The notes under the pieces are model-generated. The model did not search any database and was not told where the DNA came from. It saw only the letters and a program-made list of their open reading frames with translations. Of a DNA stretch of 64,000 nt, positions 58,718 to 64,000 are shown piece after piece (positions within the stretch are counted from its first letter, which is position 1; the number at the start of each line of letters is the position of its first letter). The stretch is from the NCBI GenBank assembly GCA_015257485.1, contig JABZKC010000001.1, positions 5,078-69,077 on the forward strand. The letters run 5' to 3'. The translations under genes and the position numbers were made by a program. This stretch comes from Candidatus Nanosynbacter sp. Lineage in GTDB: Bacteria; Patescibacteriota; Saccharimonadia; Saccharimonadales; Saccharimonadaceae.

Positions 58718-59248
58718 TTATTTCTTTATATATTTACTGTAGTATTTTAATTCTTCAATTGAACCCAAAATATCATCCAGTGCCAAATGCATTTCCCTTT
58801 TGGTGAATTTTTTCTTCATCACATTTTCAAAGTACAATTTAAAGGCTGACACATCGAGCATTCGATAATGCAAACGTTCATTCAATCTCGGCCATTCTTT
58901 TACAATGAATCTTTTATCCTGATGAATCGAATTCCCTGCTAAATAAACTTCCTCACCAAAATGATCATCGATAAATTTTAGAAGCATCTCTTCCACTTCC
59001 TTCACTGGAAGCCCAGCCTTGTTTTGTTCACAAAGTTTTTGATAAGTTTCTTCGTGTTTTTCCCAGAACTCACCCACCATGCGTTTTTTAATCAATTTTT
59101 CCGAAACCTTCACCGTCGCTGTCATTTGCGCCATCGGATTTAATTCCCAATCTGTCGCAATTACCGCTACTTCCAAAATCTTATCTTTTTCTGGATCTAG
59201 ACCCGTCATCTCCAGATCCATCCAAAGCAATTTCGCTTTTTTCGGCAT
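58718..59248 (-). CDS. orn: Oligoribonuclease (DEDDh 3'-5' exonuclease)
   Basis: LLWMDLEMTGLDPEKDKILEVAVIATD (Exo I), ...AGNSIHQDKRFI (Exo II), HYRMLDVSAF...ALDDILGSIEEL (Exo III). Its stop abuts the argS start at 59248. Confidence 0.85.
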   Translation of the reverse strand: MPKKAKLLWMDLEMTGLDPEKDKILEVAVIATDWELNPMAQMTATVKVSEKLIKKRMVGEFWEKHEETYQKLCEQNKAGLPVKEVEEMLLKFIDDHFGEEVYLAGNSIHQDKRFIVKEWPRLNERLHYRMLDVSAFKLYFENVMKKKFTKREMHLALDDILGSIEELKYYSKYIKK

Positions 59249-61008
59249 TACATTTGCTCCGGTACTTCAATACCTAGTAAATTCAAGCCATGAGTCAAAA
59301 CTTTCAAGTAAACTAAAATAATTTTACCTCGTTCTAGCTCAAATTCTGATCCTGCCACCTGTACATGTTCATAAAAACGGCTAAATTCTTGCGCTAATTC
59401 ATAGAGGTAAGTACAAATTTTATTTGGCAAAAGTTCACGCACTGTTTCCTTCAAAACATCTGGATACTGAATTATTTTCTTCATCAAATTACGTTCATAA
59501 ATCGAAATGTTCGCGAGATATTTCGCTTCTTTTTCCGCCGAATCAGTCTCCGAAATTAAAGCTTCCGCTTCATCTTCCACCTTATTTAGTTCCCCACTAA
59601 TTCGACCACTGAAGATTTTACCCAAAATTTTCTTCGCGCGCACTGCCGAATATTGTAGGTATGGACCAGAATTTCCCGTCATCGAAACTGACTCTTTTAT
59701 ATCAAATATGATATCTCCGCCAATCTTGTATTTAGCGAATGCATACTTCAGCGCCCCCATCAAAACTTTCTCATCGCTCGTTTTTTCCATTGCCTCGCGC
59801 ACCATTTCAATCACATCAATCGCGCGTAAGAAATTTCCTTTTCTCGAAGACATTTTTTCATTGCCTGGCAATTTCACTTGACCATGCGTAATATGTAAAG
59901 TCTTACTCGAAAGTTCCGGCGCGTATTGCGAAATCGCCGAAAGCACCACCTTCATATATTCGATAATATCATTACCAGTAATAATGACTGATTTATCAAA
60001 ATGAAAATCTTTATATTTCTCAAAAATCAAACCAGTATCTTTGGCTTCGTAAGTTGGTAGGCCCTTATTATTAATAAATACCCTCGTATGTAGCCCGTGT
60101 TTATCGCCACGGTAAACCACCGCCCCATCCGACATTTCATACACACCGTTTTTAAGCTCCCTGCGCACCGTCTCCAGACCGGTCTTCGCTACCATTGATT
60201 CAGGGTAATATTTATCAAATTTTACCTGCAAACGCTTATAAAAATTCTCAAAATACTGATAGCTGTTCCTGCGGCCCCAGAAATAAAGTTCTGCCACCCT
60301 GGCACGTTCTGGATCATTACTATAATCAGCTTCCTCGCCTGCTTCCGCAATTTCAAAAATCATCTTATTGAGTTTCACAATTTCCGCGTGCGCCTCCGCG
60401 TCATTCTCATCCGCCCGCGTACCAAATACATAACATTCTGCCAGTAAATCTGCTACTTTTTCGGGTGTCAGATCAGTTGGAATTTCTTTAATTTTACGTA
60501 GCATGCCATACATATTTCTCGCCACGTGCAAGCCAATATCCCCACCGAAATTCGCGCGCACTACTTTACCGCCAGCATATTCAACCACACGTGAAATCGC
60601 TTCCCCCACAATCGAAGTGTAAAGATGGCCGACATGAAGTACCTTAAATGGATTTGGATCCGAAAATTCACAAATTACTGTCTGACCAGAATATGCGTCT
60701 GATGATATATTTTTCGTGAAATCTTTTTCGAACTTATCAATATTTTTTAATAACTTTTTATTACTTAATTTGAAATTCAAAAACCCTGGCCGTGCGATTT
60801 CAATCTCCAAATCCGTCTCGCCAAGTCCACGCATCAGCTCCTCGGCAATTTCCATCGGATTCTTCTTTAAAGTTTTTGCTAGCAACATCGCCACATTGGT
60901 CGCGAAGTCACAGCCAGTATTCTCTGGCGCAGGTGTCAAAACTACATCCATTTCTACGGAGTATAGTTCGACAATCGTCTTTTTTAGGGTATTTTGAATT
61001 TCTTCCAT
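59248..61008 (-). CDS. argS: Arginyl-tRNA synthetase
   Basis: FSDPNPFKVLHVGHLYTSIVGEAISRV (HIGH-type motif), a class I Rossmann core and a C-terminal DALR anticodon-binding domain. Confidence 0.9.
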   Translation of the reverse strand: MEEIQNTLKKTIVELYSVEMDVVLTPAPENTGCDFATNVAMLLAKTLKKNPMEIAEELMRGLGETDLEIEIARPGFLNFKLSNKKLLKNIDKFEKDFTKNISSDAYSGQTVICEFSDPNPFKVLHVGHLYTSIVGEAISRVVEYAGGKVVRANFGGDIGLHVARNMYGMLRKIKEIPTDLTPEKVADLLAECYVFGTRADENDAEAHAEIVKLNKMIFEIAEAGEEADYSNDPERARVAELYFWGRRNSYQYFENFYKRLQVKFDKYYPESMVAKTGLETVRRELKNGVYEMSDGAVVYRGDKHGLHTRVFINNKGLPTYEAKDTGLIFEKYKDFHFDKSVIITGNDIIEYMKVVLSAISQYAPELSSKTLHITHGQVKLPGNEKMSSRKGNFLRAIDVIEMVREAMEKTSDEKVLMGALKYAFAKYKIGGDIIFDIKESVSMTGNSGPYLQYSAVRAKKILGKIFSGRISGELNKVEDEAEALISETDSAEKEAKYLANISIYERNLMKKIIQYPDVLKETVRELLPNKICTYLYELAQEFSRFYEHVQVAGSEFELERGKIILVYLKVLTHGLNLLGIEVPEQM

Positions 61009-61155
61009 ATCTCTATTTTATCACAATTTTAGTTACACAACATTTTTCGAAAAAATACAAAAATTCTATAAAATTTTGATCATTGTTCCCGCAACAAAAA
61101 AATAGCAGCCTTAGACTGCTATTTTTAAACTCACTTTTAGAACTTTAAGTTTTCT

Positions 61156-62760
61156 TTATTCTAAACTTTTCACAAACTCCATAAATAGTGGGTGCACACG
61201 TAAAGGTCTCGACTTGAACTCTGGATGCGCTTGAGTCGCCACAAAGAATTTCTTCCCCGGAGCCTCGATGAATTCCACCAATTTTCCGTCTGGTGATGTA
61301 CCCGAAACCACCACACCACCTTTCTCGATCTCTTTGAGGAATTTTTGATTTACTTCATAACGATGACGATGACGTTCTACAATATTGGTTTTTCCATAAA
61401 TCTTAGCTGTTTTACTTCCCTTAACTAATTTCGCCGGAAAATCCCCGAGACGCATACTACCACCCGTCGATTCCTTCCCCTCCTGGCCATCCATCAGATA
61501 AATCACGTTTTCTTTAGTTTCTTTATCAAATTCTTCCGAATTCGCTTGCATTAGTCCCGCTCTTCTCGCGCTCGCAATGCAAGCCACCTGCATCCCGAGA
61601 CATAGTCCAAGATAAGGCACATCTTTCTCCAATGCATAAGTCGCAGCCCTAATCTTCCCCTCCACCCCACGATTACCAAAACCACCCGGCACCACTAGGC
61701 CATCGACTTCCGACAACATTTTTTCATCAACTTTTTCCGCATTGATCCACCTAAGATCCAAATTAACATTATTCCAAGCTGCCGCCGCCTTCAAAGCTTC
61801 CGTCACACAAATATAGGTATCTTCGTTCCCGACATACTTCGCCACCAACCCCACCTTCACGGTTCGCGCATTTTTCTGTGCTCGCTTCTTGGAAAATTCT
61901 TCCCAATCGGACATATCTGGCTCTTTGTCATCTCCCACAAAATCATTGAGAATTTCCAATACCCCGGATTTCAAAACATTAAACGGCACGTCATAAACCG
62001 AATCAATATCTGGCAAATTCAATACTGCCTCATCCGCAATTCCCGAAAACCTCGCAATTTTTTCACAAATTTCGCGTGGTGCAGGTTTTTCTGTGCGACA
62101 CACTACCACATCTGGAATAATTCCAAATCCACGTAAATCTTTTAACGCATTTTGCGCCGGTTTACTCTTTAATTCTTTCGAGGTATTAATCCATGGCACA
62201 TAAACCACATTTACATAAAGACAATTTCGGCGTCCCACCTTATTGCCGAACAGCCTAATCGCTTCAATGAATGACAAACCCTCATAATCACCCACTGTAC
62301 CACCGATTTCCACGATATGAATATCCGAATTTTTCGAAGCATTCATAATTTTCTCTTGCACTAAATCCGTAAAATGCGGCACTAACTGTACGGTTTTACC
62401 ATGAAAACCTCCCGCACGTTCTTTTTCAATTAATTCCTTAAAAATCGAGCCCGAAAGCGTAATTGAATAGCGGTTCGTCTCAAAATCCAAAAAACGTTCA
62501 TAGTGACCCAGATCCAAATCGGTTTCCACGCCATCATGTGTCACATAACATTCACCGTGTTCCACCGGATTCAAAAGTCCTGCATCCACATTCAGATACG
62601 GGTCGCACTTCTGCATTGTCACCTTGAATCCCTTCGCCTTCAAAATGGAGCCAATCGAAGCCGCTGTAATTCCCTTTCCCACCCCCGAAAGCACTCCGCC
62701 GGTTACGAAGATATACTTACATTTATTCTTCTCTTTTTGTTTTACGTCTTTATTTTTCAT
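61156..62760 (-). CDS. pyrG: CTP synthase
   Basis: KYIFVTGGVLSGVGKGITAASIG... and a C-terminal glutamine amidotransferase domain with GLCLGMQ and HPEF. Confidence 0.95.
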   Translation of the reverse strand: MKNKDVKQKEKNKCKYIFVTGGVLSGVGKGITAASIGSILKAKGFKVTMQKCDPYLNVDAGLLNPVEHGECYVTHDGVETDLDLGHYERFLDFETNRYSITLSGSIFKELIEKERAGGFHGKTVQLVPHFTDLVQEKIMNASKNSDIHIVEIGGTVGDYEGLSFIEAIRLFGNKVGRRNCLYVNVVYVPWINTSKELKSKPAQNALKDLRGFGIIPDVVVCRTEKPAPREICEKIARFSGIADEAVLNLPDIDSVYDVPFNVLKSGVLEILNDFVGDDKEPDMSDWEEFSKKRAQKNARTVKVGLVAKYVGNEDTYICVTEALKAAAAWNNVNLDLRWINAEKVDEKMLSEVDGLVVPGGFGNRGVEGKIRAATYALEKDVPYLGLCLGMQVACIASARRAGLMQANSEEFDKETKENVIYLMDGQEGKESTGGSMRLGDFPAKLVKGSKTAKIYGKTNIVERHRHRYEVNQKFLKEIEKGGVVVSGTSPDGKLVEFIEAPGKKFFVATQAHPEFKSRPLRVHPLFMEFVKSLE

Positions 62761-62897
62761 GGGACACCTCTCCTTTCGCCCACTCCATTAACCTTTACAT
62801 ATCTTCATATTAGCATAAACATTAAATAAAAATAGACTATTTTCTCAGAGTTTTCTTCATTTTCTCCCTAAATTCTGTTATAATATAGAAAATTGTT

Positions 62898-62987
62898 GGA
62901 AGTGTGTCCGAGTGGTTTAAGGAGCACGCCTGGAACGCGTGTATGCGGGGAACCGTATCGGAGGTTCGAATCCTCTCGCTTCCGCCA
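62898..62987 (+). tRNA. tRNA-Ser (anticodon GGA), class II with a long variable arm
   Basis: GGAAGTG...CGCTTCC acceptor, anticodon stem-loop CACGC-CTGGAAC-GCGTG, long variable arm, T-arm GGAGGTTCGAATCCTCTC, and encoded CCA. Confidence 0.85.
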
Positions 62988-63286
62988 TTAAAATAAAATA
63001 GACCCAGAGGGTCTTATTTTATTTTAACTTGTGAGAGGATGAGAACCGTAGGTTAGACCGGACGACGAAGCGAGACAAAAGAAAATTTATTTTCATTTTG
63101 CGAGCAAGGAGGAACGGAAGGGTTTTGCTTTCAAAAATCTACCGGACGACGAAGCGAGTGAAAGACAAAAAGCTTGCTTTTTTCTTTTTGAGCGAGGAGG
63201 AACGGAAAGATTTCGCGAAGCGAAATTTTAATCCTCTCGCTTCCGCCATTAAAATAAAATAGACCCAGAGGGTCTTATTTTATTTT
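62969..63286 (+). repeat. Perfect 57-bp direct repeats (62969-63025 and 63230-63286), each comprising the last 19 nt of tRNA-Ser plus its terminator hairpin, flanking a 204-bp insert
   Basis: Both copies read AATCCTCTCGCTTCCGCCATTAAAATAAAATAGACCCAGAGGGTCTTATTTTATTTT. The insert contains two internal units of about 75 bp that share ACCGGACGACGAAGCGAG...GAGGAGGAACGGAA. Confidence 0.8.
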
Positions 63287-63294
63287 TCGTAATT

Positions 63295-63708
63295 CTAGCG
63301 ATTATTTTTATTATGCAAGAAATACACCAGCGCCGAAATAAAAGCTCCGAGTGTTACCATGCTGCCCACTACCGTAGTCACTATCATTGTTGCAGTAATA
63401 CTTTGTTCCGTCATGTGATTCATGTGATCATAAATAAACAGTGCCGACTCATTATTCGTCACATCTGAAGCATCCTCCTTTTCCGAGTTCTCGCAAAGTC
63501 GGGCATTTTTTAAGACTACTTTTTCCATCTTCTCACTTTTATCAAAACAAATCGCTGGCACGTTATCCACTTCGACTCCTGCACGCATTGCAGTCCTAAT
63601 TTCACTTACACCCCAAAATGTTAAAAACCCCGATACGAATCCTAAAATAAATAATAGCACCGTATTGCAAACCACAAAACGTTTCTTATTATTTTCTCTT
63701 CCCGCCAT
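63295..63708 (-). CDS. Hypothetical membrane protein (137 aa)
   Basis: N-terminal and C-terminal TM helices with a Cys-containing middle segment. Confidence 0.45.
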   Translation of the reverse strand: MAGRENNKKRFVVCNTVLLFILGFVSGFLTFWGVSEIRTAMRAGVEVDNVPAICFDKSEKMEKVVLKNARLCENSEKEDASDVTNNESALFIYDHMNHMTEQSITATMIVTTVVGSMVTLGAFISALVYFLHNKNNR

Positions 63709-63787
63709 TTATTTTCCTTACGGTTACTTTTCTTCATTATACTAAATTCCCCACAAAAAAAGATTGCGTTTTCGCAATCTTTTAAAT

Positions 63788-64000
63788 TTACTCTACCTTA
63801 CTCTCCGTTTTTATTTCTTTCGGTACCACAATCTGGCTACGTAGATACTTCTGAAAATTCGTATAATTATATAACGATCCTTCCGAATAAGTTGACGCAC
63901 CCGCTGGAATCACCACACTAGATAAACCAATTCTCCCCGTACCAAATTGATCAACCGTCGAAATCGGTTGAATTCCCCCTTCTAGTTTTGTACCAAAATC
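63788..64000 (-). CDS. Partial CDS (C-terminal end; the gene continues beyond the window), unknown function
   Basis: Open frame to the window edge, reverse translation ...GGIQPISTVDQFGTGRIGLSSVVIPAGASTYSEGSLYNY...VPKEIKTESKVE then a stop. Confidence 0.35.
   Translation of the reverse strand, partial: DFGTKLEGGIQPISTVDQFGTGRIGLSSVVIPAGASTYSEGSLYNYTNFQKYLRSQIVVPKEIKTESKVE

Overview
Low-GC, tightly packed bacterial window, about 42% GC in genes, with most genes on the minus strand and a CPR/Patescibacteria-like (possibly Saccharibacteria-like) flavour. This comes from the short RpoD and ThrRS, the BspA-type surface protein and a type IV pilus locus without a pilin; the lineage call is tentative. 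Core content: gyrB (partial), infC-rpmI-rplT-rpmB, rnpB, miaA, thrS, polA, trxB, dnaG-(hypothetical)-rpoD, argS, pyrG, orn, mscL, rnhA, znuACB, a two-component system next to an FtsX-type ABC transporter, and a pilM/pilN-like/pilB/pilT/pilC type IV pilus cluster. Six tRNAs can be read directly (Val-TAC, Thr-CGT, Asp-GTC, Gly-CCC-like, Arg-CCT, Ser-GGA). I also read an RNase P RNA and a tmRNA from the sequence (conserved GGAAAGUCCGGGC motif; GGGGCUGA 5' end with a G3-U70 acceptor and ACCA 3' end). Main observations for follow-up: (1) a 1.8 kb gene-free, very AT-rich region containing the tmRNA gene, next to a large membrane-anchored HerA/VirB4-like ATPase and two low-complexity or membrane proteins, which may be an island remnant at ssrA; (2) two tRNA loci (Gly-CCC at 34.3 kb, Ser-GGA at 62.9 kb) followed by duplicated tRNA 3'-end segments and hairpin repeats, which look like integration or excision scars; (3) a Nudix-RNase H fusion protein in addition to the canonical rnhA; (4) a RhuM-N-terminal protein with a degenerate Fic-like motif; (5) a BspA-like leucine-rich-repeat surface protein with 69-bp tandem coding repeats; (6) a lipid-kinase gene overlapping a small VirB2/TrbC-like secreted hydrophobic protein beside the pilus locus. 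No CRISPR array or transposase was seen. All function calls are from motif recognition by eye and no database searches were run.
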